Origin: Synechococcus sp. A15-28
GTDB taxonomy: Bacteria; Cyanobacteriota; Cyanobacteriia; PCC-6307; Cyanobiaceae
Reading direction: 5' to 3'
DNA length: 32,000 bases
Assembly: GCF_014280175.1 (NCBI RefSeq)
Contig: NZ_CP047931.1
Location: 1,380,001-1,412,000, forward strand
Shown in pieces: positions 23,862 through 32,000 of this stretch (position 1 is its first letter; each line of letters opens with the position of its first letter). The position numbers and the translations under genes were made by a program. The notes beneath the pieces are model-generated. The model saw only the letters and a list, made by a program, of their open reading frames with translations. It made no database searches and was not told the origin of the DNA.

Positions 23862-24593
23862 TCAGTCGCGGCGACCACCGCCATTGAGCACGATGATCAG
23901 GCGCAGGATGAAGATGAACAGGTTGATGTAGGTGAGGTACATGCTCAGGGCACCTGCCAGATACTGCTCATCCCGGTAGGCGCGGGGCATCGTGTAGAAG
24001 TCGACGAAGGCGGCGCCCACAAACAGCACGGTGCCGAAACCGGCGATCATCAACTCGAAGCTTGTGCCTTGGAATATCGCCGGAGCGAAGATTCCACCGA
24101 TGAATTGCACCACCATGGCGAGAATCAGGCCGATCAAGCCCAGTCCCACCACACCGGACAGGGCCTGACCGACGCTGTCGCTCATGCGACGCCCAACAAT
24201 TGAGGCGATCACAAAGGTGATGCCAGTGGCCAGGGCAGCGGTGCCGACGGCCCCGATCCCTGCAACCGCTCCGGCCAGGGCCACCAGACCGCTGAGGGTG
24301 AAGCCTGTGATCAGGCTGTAAACGGCCAGGAGTGGCAATGCCGTGGCGTTGTTGCCCTTCATCGCCACGTTTTGGGCAACAAAGAAGAGAACCAAGTTGC
24401 CGATCACGGCCGCCCAGAACAGGGGCATGAACATCGGCGTCGCCATCATCGACAGGCCGCCGATCACCCCGACAGAGGTGAGCACCATGCCGCCGCCCAC
24501 ATAGGGGAGCGCCTTGTTGACCACGTTGGGGCCCACCAGAGCGCTGGACTGCGCATCGCGGATGGCCTGCTGAAAATTGCTGCTTGCTGGCAT
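23862..24593 (-). CDS. Bax inhibitor-1 / YccA-family membrane protein (243 aa)
   Basis: Seven hydrophobic segments and the family-typical C-terminus (DEQYLAGALSMYLTYINLFIFILRLI). The ATG at 24593 lies inside ORF 23862-24749. Confidence 0.85.
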   Translation of the reverse strand: MPASSNFQQAIRDAQSSALVGPNVVNKALPYVGGGMVLTSVGVIGGLSMMATPMFMPLFWAAVIGNLVLFFVAQNVAMKGNNATALPLLAVYSLITGFTLSGLVALAGAVAGIGAVGTAALATGITFVIASIVGRRMSDSVGQALSGVVGLGLIGLILAMVVQFIGGIFAPAIFQGTSFELMIAGFGTVLFVGAAFVDFYTMPRAYRDEQYLAGALSMYLTYINLFIFILRLIIVLNGGGRRD

Positions 24594-24660
24594 GTCGACC
24601 AGACCACAATCACTCCAAATATCCTGCCAGCACTGACAAGGGTCTGGGGTGCGGATCTCC

Positions 24661-25656
24661 CTATCGACGCAAAGGACGTGACGAGCGCTGATCATCGAGG
24701 CGGGCATAGGCCTCCACCACCCGCTGCACCAAGGGATGTCGCACCACATCAGCCGATGTCAACCGACAGACGGCAACCCCTTCAACGCCATCCAGCACAT
24801 CCGAGGCTTCCACCAGACCGCTCGGGAGGCCATTGGGAAGATCCACCTGGGTGACATCACCGGTCACCACCATGCGGGAGCGTTCCCCCAGACGGGTCAG
24901 CACCATCCGCATCTGAGCCGGTGTGGTGTTCTGCGCCTCATCGAGGATCACAAAGGCGTCGCTGAGGGTGCGGCCACGCATGTAAGCCAACGGAGCCACT
25001 TCGATCACCCCTTTTTCGAGCAACACCGTGGTCTTGTCCGGCCCCAGCAGGGTGTGCAGAGCGTCGTAAAGCGGTCGCAGGTAAGGATCCACCTTCTGCT
25101 GCAGATCTCCCGGCAGAAACCCCAGTCGCTCCCCCGCCTCCACGGCCGGTCGGGTCAGGATCAGTCGCTCCACCTTGCGCTCCGAGAGCATCCGCACCGC
25201 CAGGACCGTGGCCAGGAAGGTCTTACCCGTTCCCGCAGGTCCCAGAGCGAAGGTGAGGTCATGCCGCTCCATGGCATCGACGTAATGCTTCTGACGCAGC
25301 GTCCGCGGCCTCAGCATCGAGCCGGTCTGACTGCGCGCCAGCACCTGCTCTCCCATTGCCGCATGGTCATCCTCCCGACCACTGCTGAGGGCGCCAAGGG
25401 CCGCCTGGAGATCAACGCTGGACACGGCTTGTCCGTCCTGCCAGATCGGACGCACCAGCTCAACCACCGCTGCAGCCCGCTCGATCTGCGTTGGTCTTCC
25501 GGTGATCATCAACTGGAGACCCCGCAACACCAACGAGGCTCCGGTCAGAGCTTCAAGGCGATGCAGGGTCGATTCGGCAGCTCCAGCGAGAGCCAGAGCT
25601 GCCTCAGGATCCGGTAAATCAAAAACGAAGCGGCTGCGTGCGCCGTCCTCAGACAC
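24661..25656 (-). CDS. phoH: PhoH-like ATPase
   Basis: Walker A motif (ALGPAGTGKTFLA), a DEAQN-type Walker B motif (FVILDEAQNT) and GDVTQVDLP. Confidence 0.95.
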   Translation of the reverse strand: MSEDGARSRFVFDLPDPEAALALAGAAESTLHRLEALTGASLVLRGLQLMITGRPTQIERAAAVVELVRPIWQDGQAVSSVDLQAALGALSSGREDDHAAMGEQVLARSQTGSMLRPRTLRQKHYVDAMERHDLTFALGPAGTGKTFLATVLAVRMLSERKVERLILTRPAVEAGERLGFLPGDLQQKVDPYLRPLYDALHTLLGPDKTTVLLEKGVIEVAPLAYMRGRTLSDAFVILDEAQNTTPAQMRMVLTRLGERSRMVVTGDVTQVDLPNGLPSGLVEASDVLDGVEGVAVCRLTSADVVRHPLVQRVVEAYARLDDQRSSRPLRR

Positions 25657-25664
25657 CGGGGAGA

Positions 25665-26087
25665 TCAGCTTTCGCTGGATTCGGCCTCAGCTTCTGGGGC
25701 GTCTTCAGCGTTGGAAGCCTCAGCAGCGGCAGCGGCTTCCGCTTCAGCAGCAGCCTTGGCCTCGGCGGCTTCCTTGGCAGCCTGCTTGGCCTCTTCCTCG
25801 AGCTTGGCAGCCTGCTTGGCTTTACCGACGGTTTCCGCAGGGCGGATGGTCTTCTCGATCAAGCCGCCGCGCTCGAGCAGCGTGCGCACCACATCCGTGG
25901 GCTGGGCCCCTTGGCCAAGACGCTCCCGAATCGCTTCGGTGTCGAGGCGGGTTTCCTTGGTGCGGGGGTTGTAGAAGCCAAGTTCCTGGAGCGGACGCCC
26001 ATCCCGACGGGAGGTGCTGTTGCAGGCCACGAGGCGGAAGCTTGCTTCCCGCTTCTTGCCGAACCGCTTCAGGCGGAGCTTGATCAT
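25665..26087 (-). CDS. rpsP: 30S ribosomal protein S16 with an Ala/Glu/Lys-rich C-terminal tail
   Basis: [21 protein letters not shown]...GFYNPRTKE from the ATG at 26087 (inside ORF 25665-26282). The tail reads [30 protein letters not shown]... Confidence 0.95.
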   Translation of the reverse strand: MIKLRLKRFGKKREASFRLVACNSTSRRDGRPLQELGFYNPRTKETRLDTEAIRERLGQGAQPTDVVRTLLERGGLIEKTIRPAETVGKAKQAAKLEEEAKQAAKEAAEAKAAAEAEAAAAAEASNAEDAPEAEAESSES

Positions 26088-26166
26088 CGTGGACCTGCTG
26101 TTGAGAACGTCAGTGAATCCGGCAGCACGAATTCGGCCGCCAAACGACCACCATACCGTCTGACCC

Positions 26167-27648
26167 TCAAAGGTCCCCGAATCCCCGTTTCTTCTTGCCC
26201 GGCTTGCTTCGCTTCGGACCACCGCCCTTGCCGCGGCGGGCCGGTGCCTGTCCAGGCATTCCCGGCATGCCACCCATTCCATGCATCCCTCCCATTCCTG
26301 GCATCCCTCCCATTCCTGGCATCCCTCCCATTCCTGGCATCCCGGGCATGCCGCCCTGACTCATCTGCTGCATGAAGCCACGCATCTTCTGAAAATCCGC
26401 CAGCACCTTGTCCACATCCGCCGGTTGATGACCGCTGCCGGCAGCGATGCGACGACGACGGGAGGGCTGACCGGCCAGCAGATCGGGGTTCTCCCGTTCC
26501 TTCGGCGTCATTGAGCCGATCATCGCCTCGATCCGTTTCAACTGCTGCTCTCCTTGCTTGAGCATGCCGTCGTCGATCTTGTTCATGCCCGGGATCATTT
26601 TCATCAGACCCCCCAGCGATCCCATGCGCTTGATCAAGCGCATCTGCTTGACGAAGTCCGAGAAATCAAACGTCGCCTCCTGCAGCTTCTTCTGCATCTT
26701 TTCGACGTCGGCGAGTTCGACCTCCTTCTGGGCCTTCTCCACCAGCGTCAGCACGTCCCCCATGCCGAGGATGCGGCTGGCCATCCGTTCGGGATGGAAG
26801 GGCTGGAGAGCCTCCACCTTCTCGCCGGTGCCGATGAACTTGATCGGCTGACCGCTCACCTTGCGGATTGAAAGGGCGGCACCACCGCGGGAGTCACCAT
26901 CAAGCTTGGTGAGCACCGCTCCGGTGATGCCCACCTGGTCGTGGAAGGCGCGGGTGAGTTCGGCCGCCTCCTGACCGATCATCGAATCCACCACCAGCAG
27001 CACCTCATCGGGCTGCACGGCGGTGCGGATCCGCACCATCTCCTCCATCATCTCGCTGTCGATCTGGAGGCGACCGGCGGTGTCGACCAGGAGCGTGTCG
27101 AATCCCTCCTCTTTCGCCTTGGCCAGACCAGCGGCTGCGATGTCTTCCGGCTTGGCCTCAGCACCGAGGCTGAACACCTCCACATCGATCTGAGCACCGA
27201 GTGTTTTCAACTGCTCGATGGCAGCTGGTCGGTAGACGTCGGCACCCACCATCAGGGCACGGCGGCCCTGATCCTTGAGGTGGAGTCCCAGCTTGGCCGT
27301 CGCGGTGGTTTTACCGGCACCCTGAAGGCCGGCCATCAACACGACGGTGGGAGCGTCAGCCGCCTTGGCCAGAGGAGCGTTATCACCCCCCATGACCTCC
27401 ACAAGCTGCTCGTGCACCACCTGGATGAACTTCTGGTCCGGACTGACGCCGCGCACCACCTCGGCGCCCACGGCCTTCTCGCGCACATCGGCAACGAAGT
27501 CCTTCACCACCGGCAGGCTCACATCGGCCTCCAGCAAGGCCCGACGGACGTCCGTTAGGGCTCCATCGACGTTGGTTTCGCTGATGCTGTCTTGGCCACG
27601 CAGCCCCTTGACCGCATCCTCAAAACGGGCTGACAGCTCATCGAACAT
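26167..27648 (-). CDS. ffh: Signal recognition particle protein Ffh
   Basis: N-terminal and G domains ([19 protein letters not shown]) and an M domain, with a Met/Gly/Pro-rich C-terminal repeat. Confidence 0.97.
   Translation of the reverse strand: MFDELSARFEDAVKGLRGQDSISETNVDGALTDVRRALLEADVSLPVVKDFVADVREKAVGAEVVRGVSPDQKFIQVVHEQLVEVMGGDNAPLAKAADAPTVVLMAGLQGAGKTTATAKLGLHLKDQGRRALMVGADVYRPAAIEQLKTLGAQIDVEVFSLGAEAKPEDIAAAGLAKAKEEGFDTLLVDTAGRLQIDSEMMEEMVRIRTAVQPDEVLLVVDSMIGQEAAELTRAFHDQVGITGAVLTKLDGDSRGGAALSIRKVSGQPIKFIGTGEKVEALQPFHPERMASRILGMGDVLTLVEKAQKEVELADVEKMQKKLQEATFDFSDFVKQMRLIKRMGSLGGLMKMIPGMNKIDDGMLKQGEQQLKRIEAMIGSMTPKERENPDLLAGQPSRRRRIAAGSGHQPADVDKVLADFQKMRGFMQQMSQGGMPGMPGMGGMPGMGGMPGMGGMHGMGGMPGMPGQAPARRGKGGGPKRSKPGKKKRGFGDL
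26290..26343 (-). repeat. Three perfect 18-bp tandem units inside ffh, encoding a (GMPGMG)n-like repeat
   Basis: TCCCATTCCTGGCATCCC occurs three times in tandem, with degenerate copies on both sides. Confidence 0.9.
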
Positions 27649-27706
27649 CGGGGCGGCTCTTTGGAATCAATCACCCGATCGTAAAAAGCAAGGCTGCGGG
27701 GCAGGA

Positions 27707-29671
27707 TCAACCCTGCGGGATGTAAGCCGTCAGCCTCCACTGATCGCCGTCTCGTCCAAGGATGTAGGTGATCGTGAGACTGCCCGGTTCCGTGCGGTCC
27801 ACCACCGAGCCTGATCTGTCCGTGGTGCTGTCGCTGTAAGCCACTTCCGCCTTCAGTTCAATCCGACGGGGCTGCCGGCTCACCACCTCAAGGGATGTCA
27901 CCGAAGCCTTCACAACCGTGGTGTTGCCTGCGGCGACAGCCGCAGCCCTTTCCTGATCAACCTGATCAATCAGACGCTGCCTCGCCACCACAGGAAGCAT
28001 CGAGGCTTGGCCCTGAAGAGCTAGGGCCTTGTTGTCGAGCCAGCCCTGAACAAGCAACCGCAGCTGAGCTTCATCGGGAGCATCGCTGAGGAGCGGTTCC
28101 AGCTGGCCCCTGCCCGTCGACGCCTCCGGTTGAAGCGTCGCTGCCGGTGACAGGTTGGCTGGATCAGAGCTGGACGACTTGGATTCAGTGGCGTCCTGGA
28201 GTTCCGGCTGCGGTTGCCGCGCCACAGGAGCCGTTGCCCGGGGCCGCAGCATCACTGCGGCCGCCAGAGCGGCCACCAAACCCACCACAGCAGAGGCCAC
28301 CAGCAAGCGCAGACGGCGGGGTGATCCGGTGGATGCCGCATCCGCCGATTGGACCTCCTCCGCCATCGATGGAACATTGTCCAGCTCTGCGGCCTGCAGC
28401 GAGCTGGCATCGGCCAGAGCCCAGGTTTCCAGTCCGGCGTTCGTCTCAATCGCAGCAACGTCCTGACGGGCCGTCTGGCGATCGATGCGATCGACGTAAG
28501 CCTGCACATCCCGGTCGGCGAACCAGGCATCAAGGTCCACTCCGGTGGCATCAACATCCCGGTAACCAGGGAGCACATCCCGTTCAAGCCAGACCCGGCA
28601 GTACTCGCACTGGGCCGCCAGGTGATCGCCGGGATGCTCCGCCAGCCAGCGCAGGAGTTCCTGATCGCGAATGGCGCTGAAGTGCAGGGAGGCATCCGAG
28701 ACATTGCCCAGGAGCAGGTCCAGGCAGCCCAGAAGGGGCATCGGATCCAGATCGGAGGCAGCTAATTGCTGCAACTGATCACGGGCCTGCTCAAGGAACT
28801 CCGGCTTGCGCCGTGAGTACCCCGCAGCCGCCAGGGCGAACACGGCAAGACAACCGGCTTCGATGGAGCCCTCTGCGAACCAGCCACGGAACAGATCGAT
28901 CTGCTCCTGAACGGTGAGAAAGCGGCGGATCTGCTGGAAAAACGACTCAAAGTCGGCCTGCCCCATGGCGGCAGCTGGAGGATCGGCATTCAGACCCTCG
29001 GGATCCAGGCCACCCCGATCGCGCACCAATCCATCCAGCAGGGAGATACCCTGCTGGCGAGCCTCGGCATCGGAGAGATCTCGACTCAGAAGATCCAGCA
29101 CCCGATAGGGGAGCAAGTCATCCAGCTCCTGCTGCAGACCGGCCTGTTGATCCGGCAACTTGCCCATCCTCTGCTGCAGTTCAATGCCTTCCCGCAGCAG
29201 CTGAGCCGCGGACTCGTAACGCCTCTGCTGCTGTTCATCCCGCGACGCATCACGACAGGCGAGGGCCGCCAGCAGGGTGAGGTCCGCTTCGCGGCCACTT
29301 CCGAGGGCTGGCGCCTGAGGCGGCTGAAGTCCCTGACGGGCGAGCTGAAAAGCTTCGTAGGCCGCTCCCGCCTCCCAGAGCAGGATCAGCCCGGCCACTT
29401 CGCTGCTGGCCGCCAGATCCAGGCCGACGGTTTCATTGGGGTGGGATGAACTCAACGACAGGAGCGCTGCCTCGTAGTCAGCCCTTGCACCAGGATCCGT
29501 CAGCAGATCGGCCGCTTGGCGCAACAGCGCCTGACGTTGCAGCAAACCCTCATGGGTGAACCCATCGTCCGGCGGACTGTCGCTGCGGGTCTGGAGACGC
29601 CGAAGGATGGAGGCAGGATCAGCGGAAGGACTGACACCCAGCAGCCGGAAATGATCGATGGGCAGATCCAA
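27707..29671 (-). CDS. ftn2: Ftn2/ZipN (plant ARC6-like) cell-division protein with a DnaJ-like N-terminus
   Basis: N-terminal [15 protein letters not shown]-like motif, a long helical middle region, one TM segment ([20 protein letters not shown]) and a conserved C-terminal domain. Non-ATG (TTG) start at 29671. Confidence 0.85.
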   Translation of the reverse strand: MDLPIDHFRLLGVSPSADPASILRRLQTRSDSPPDDGFTHEGLLQRQALLRQAADLLTDPGARADYEAALLSLSSSHPNETVGLDLAASSEVAGLILLWEAGAAYEAFQLARQGLQPPQAPALGSGREADLTLLAALACRDASRDEQQQRRYESAAQLLREGIELQQRMGKLPDQQAGLQQELDDLLPYRVLDLLSRDLSDAEARQQGISLLDGLVRDRGGLDPEGLNADPPAAAMGQADFESFFQQIRRFLTVQEQIDLFRGWFAEGSIEAGCLAVFALAAAGYSRRKPEFLEQARDQLQQLAASDLDPMPLLGCLDLLLGNVSDASLHFSAIRDQELLRWLAEHPGDHLAAQCEYCRVWLERDVLPGYRDVDATGVDLDAWFADRDVQAYVDRIDRQTARQDVAAIETNAGLETWALADASSLQAAELDNVPSMAEEVQSADAASTGSPRRLRLLVASAVVGLVAALAAAVMLRPRATAPVARQPQPELQDATESKSSSSDPANLSPAATLQPEASTGRGQLEPLLSDAPDEAQLRLLVQGWLDNKALALQGQASMLPVVARQRLIDQVDQERAAAVAAGNTTVVKASVTSLEVVSRQPRRIELKAEVAYSDSTTDRSGSVVDRTEPGSLTITYILGRDGDQWRLTAYIPQG

Positions 29672-29772
29672 CGTCCACAGGTCCCCAGAGGGCGAACTTT
29701 AGTCAGTGTCTGGGATTTTGCCCATCTCTCAACGGCTGGCCCTTACAGTCACCTTCATTGATTAGGACGGTC

Positions 29773-30858
29773 ATGGGTCAGGACCTCGCGGTCGACACAG
29801 CTCCCATCGTCAGCGCGGCCGCCGGTCCTCACGCGGAACGTCTGTCCAACCTCGTCACAGCCCAGCGGGCAACGGTGGACCGCGAGACCGGTCTGGAGCT
29901 GTTCCGGGACATGACCCTCGGACGACGCTTCGAGGACAAGTGCGCGGAGATGTACTACCGCGGCAAGATGTTCGGTTTCGTTCACCTCTACAACGGCCAG
30001 GAGGCTGTGAGCACCGGGGTGATTGGCGCCATGAAGCGTCAGAACGATTGGTTCTGCAGCACCTACCGCGACCACGTCCATGCCCTGAGCGCCGGTGTTC
30101 CGGCTCGGGAAGTGATGAGTGAGCTGTTCGGCAAGGAAACAGGCTGCAGCAAGGGACGAGGTGGATCCATGCACCTTTTCTCCAAGGAACACCACCTGCT
30201 GGGGGGCTTTGCCTTCATCGCCGAGGGCATCCCCGTCGCCCTGGGGTCAGCCTTCACCAGCCGCTACAAACGTGATGCTCTCGGCGATGCCTCAAGCAAC
30301 GCTGTGACGGCAGCCTTCTTTGGTGATGGCACCTGCAACAACGGCCAGTTCTTCGAATGCATGAACATGGCGCAGCTCTGGAAGCTGCCGATCCTGTTCG
30401 TCGTGGAGAACAACAAGTGGGCGATCGGCATGGCCCACGACCGCGCCACCAGTGATCCGGAAATCTGGCGCAAAGCAGCGTCCTTCGGCATGGCTGGCGA
30501 AGAAGTCGACGGCATGGACGTGCTTGCCGTTCGTGCTGCGACCCAGCGAGCCCTGGAGCGGGCTCGGGCCGGGGAAGGTCCCACCCTTCTGGAGTGCCTC
30601 ACCTACCGCTTCCGCGGTCACTCCCTCGCTGACCCGGACGAACTCCGCGCCGAACAGGAGAAGCAGTTCTGGGCCCAGAGAGATCCACTCAAGGCTTTGG
30701 AACGGGACCTCTGCAACGCCAATTTGGTGAGCAGCGATGAGTTGCGAAGCATCGAGAAAGAGATCGATGCCATCGTTCAGGACTGTGTGGAGTTCGCCCT
30801 TTCCGCCCCGGAGCCCGATCCAGCGGAGTTGACCCGCTACATCTGGGCCGAGGACTGA
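29773..30858 (+). CDS. pdhA: Pyruvate dehydrogenase E1 component, alpha subunit
   Basis: [29 protein letters not shown], a TPP-binding region ([17 protein letters not shown]), [13 protein letters not shown]. The ATG at 29773 lies inside ORF 29758-30858. Confidence 0.95.
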   Translation: MGQDLAVDTAPIVSAAAGPHAERLSNLVTAQRATVDRETGLELFRDMTLGRRFEDKCAEMYYRGKMFGFVHLYNGQEAVSTGVIGAMKRQNDWFCSTYRDHVHALSAGVPAREVMSELFGKETGCSKGRGGSMHLFSKEHHLLGGFAFIAEGIPVALGSAFTSRYKRDALGDASSNAVTAAFFGDGTCNNGQFFECMNMAQLWKLPILFVVENNKWAIGMAHDRATSDPEIWRKAASFGMAGEEVDGMDVLAVRAATQRALERARAGEGPTLLECLTYRFRGHSLADPDELRAEQEKQFWAQRDPLKALERDLCNANLVSSDELRSIEKEIDAIVQDCVEFALSAPEPDPAELTRYIWAED

Positions 30859-30879
30859 TAAGGCAGCCGTCCCGGCAGC

Positions 30880-31821
30880 TCAGATCCCGCTTGGCAGCCG
30901 CCGGGTCAGATTGCGCAACTTGCGCAAGGCCTTGAGCTCCACCTGACGCACACGCTCTCTGGAGACATCCATCAAGCGTCCGATCTCAGCCAGGGTGTGA
31001 CGCTCGTTGCCCTCAAGACCGAAGCGAAGCTTCAACACGTGCTGTTCCTGCTCGCTGAGGTGACTGAGCCAGCGTCCGAGCTGCTCGTGGTGAATGCGTT
31101 GCTCAACGATGTCAAGCGGCTCATCCAGGGAGGAGTCGGCAATGAGATCACCGAGGAAGCTGCGACCCTCCTCCCCGTTCACAGGAGCATCGAGACTGCT
31201 GGTGGTGAGGGCCTGTCTCAGGAGTGAATCAAGCTCATCCAAAGGGATGTCCATCGCCTCAGCGATTTCCACACGGCTGGGCATGGCACCGAGCTTGTGG
31301 GCGAGATCAAGACTCACCTTGCGGATTGTGGTGAGTCGCTCGCTGAGATGCACCGGAAGCCTGATGGTGCGGGACTGACAGGCGATGGCACGGGTCATGC
31401 TCTGACGGATCCACCAGAAGGCATAGGTCGAGAATTTGTAACCGCGGGTGGGATCAAATTTCTCGACGGCACGCTCAAGCCCCAGGGAACCTTCCTGGAT
31501 GAGATCGAGAAGTTCCAGGCCCTTTCCCTGATATTTCTTGGCAACGCTCACAACCAGGCGGAGGTTGGCTTTCATCATCCGTTCCTTGGCCCGTCGACCG
31601 ATGCGAAGCATCCGGCGCTGCTTACCGGTCAGCTCGTGGTCTTCAAACGTTTTGGAACCGTCTTCCGTCAGAGCCATCATCGACTGGACCTGATTGCCCA
31701 GTTCGATTTCTTCGGCAGGGGTGAGCAGCGGGATGCGGCCGATGGTGGCCAGATACCAGCTGACAGGGTCACTGCTGCGGCGGCGCTGGGAATCGATGGT
31801 TTTCTGAGCTGATGAAACCAT
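30880..31821 (-). CDS. Group-2 (RpoD-like) sigma-70 factor
   Basis: Region 2 (RLVVSVAKKYQGKGLELLDLIQEGSLGLERAVEKFDPTRGYKFSTYAFWWIRQ), region 3, and region 4.2 (TLAEIGRLMDVSRERVRQVELKALRKLR). Confidence 0.92.
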   Translation of the reverse strand: MVSSAQKTIDSQRRRSSDPVSWYLATIGRIPLLTPAEEIELGNQVQSMMALTEDGSKTFEDHELTGKQRRMLRIGRRAKERMMKANLRLVVSVAKKYQGKGLELLDLIQEGSLGLERAVEKFDPTRGYKFSTYAFWWIRQSMTRAIACQSRTIRLPVHLSERLTTIRKVSLDLAHKLGAMPSRVEIAEAMDIPLDELDSLLRQALTTSSLDAPVNGEEGRSFLGDLIADSSLDEPLDIVEQRIHHEQLGRWLSHLSEQEQHVLKLRFGLEGNERHTLAEIGRLMDVSRERVRQVELKALRKLRNLTRRLPSGI

Positions 31822-32000
31822 TGCGTGTCCTCCGCCGTGGTGAGAGAACCTTCTTACGAAGATCAGAAAAACAGAAGTGTTTTCAGCAACCTTTCAGATT
31901 TGTGCGAGCGAATCGAAACACTTCATGTTTCCCTCGCAATTGAGAACAATGTCCTCATCGGACCATTAAATTTTTCGTATTGAAAGCCTCATCAATCAAG

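Noticed and set aside
26270-26350. A tandem repeat considered as a CRISPR-like or minisatellite array.
   Set aside because: The units are contiguous with no spacers, and they lie in frame inside ffh, encoding its Met/Gly/Pro tail.
14190-27558. Many long ORFs overlapping or antisense to the core genes. Examples: 14190-14894, 15209-15781, 15791-16423, 16434-17093, 18782-19501, 18919-19548, 19880-20500, 20250-21410, 21350-22357, 23163-23846, 23968-24609, 24736-25617, 25638-26375, 26941-27558.
   Set aside because: These are shadow ORFs typical of GC-rich DNA. They are rich in Arg, Pro, Gly and Ala and lack recognisable motifs. Each overlaps a gene with clear family signatures on the other strand or in another frame.

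Overview
The window joins two different kinds of DNA.

**Core chromosome (13,557-32,000).** GC looks roughly 60-65% by eye. Gene content is typical of a marine picocyanobacterium (Synechococcus/Cyanobium-like; inferred from gene content only). Genes: DUF3611-like membrane protein, ribF, thiE-thiS, DUF1517, larB/cpmA-like, a TIGR03792-like secreted protein, a continuous trmD-ispF reading frame, a short CpcS/CpeS-family protein, a PhyH-type dioxygenase, era, acetolactate decarboxylase with an RHH-like N-terminus, a Bax-inhibitor/YccA-type membrane protein, phoH, rpsP, ffh, an Ftn2/ARC6-like division protein, pdhA and a group-2 sigma factor.

**Island (1 to about 13,500).** Composition is lower and patchy in GC, and the left end lies outside the window. 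The edge next to the core carries a co-directional module: a 442-aa tyrosine integrase, a protein with two RHH-like motifs, a repeat-rich intergenic region and two hypothetical genes. The rest is mostly small secreted or membrane ORFs plus decay products:
- a 3' fragment of tRNA-Arg(UCU);
- a truncated paralog fragment;
- a metzincin-type protease gene split by one in-frame TGA.

**Most interesting signals.**
- Two homologous ~390-nt non-coding elements (382-768 and 6785-7176). No reading frame is shared, and two hairpins show compensatory base changes, so this is a candidate structured RNA of unknown family.
- A 36-nt repeat at the 3' ends of two neighbouring genes. It reads ADLVTHICPRV-stop in the +1 frame and differs only at synonymous positions.

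No CRISPR array, rRNA gene or complete tRNA gene was seen. All function calls rest on motif recognition by eye; no searches were run.
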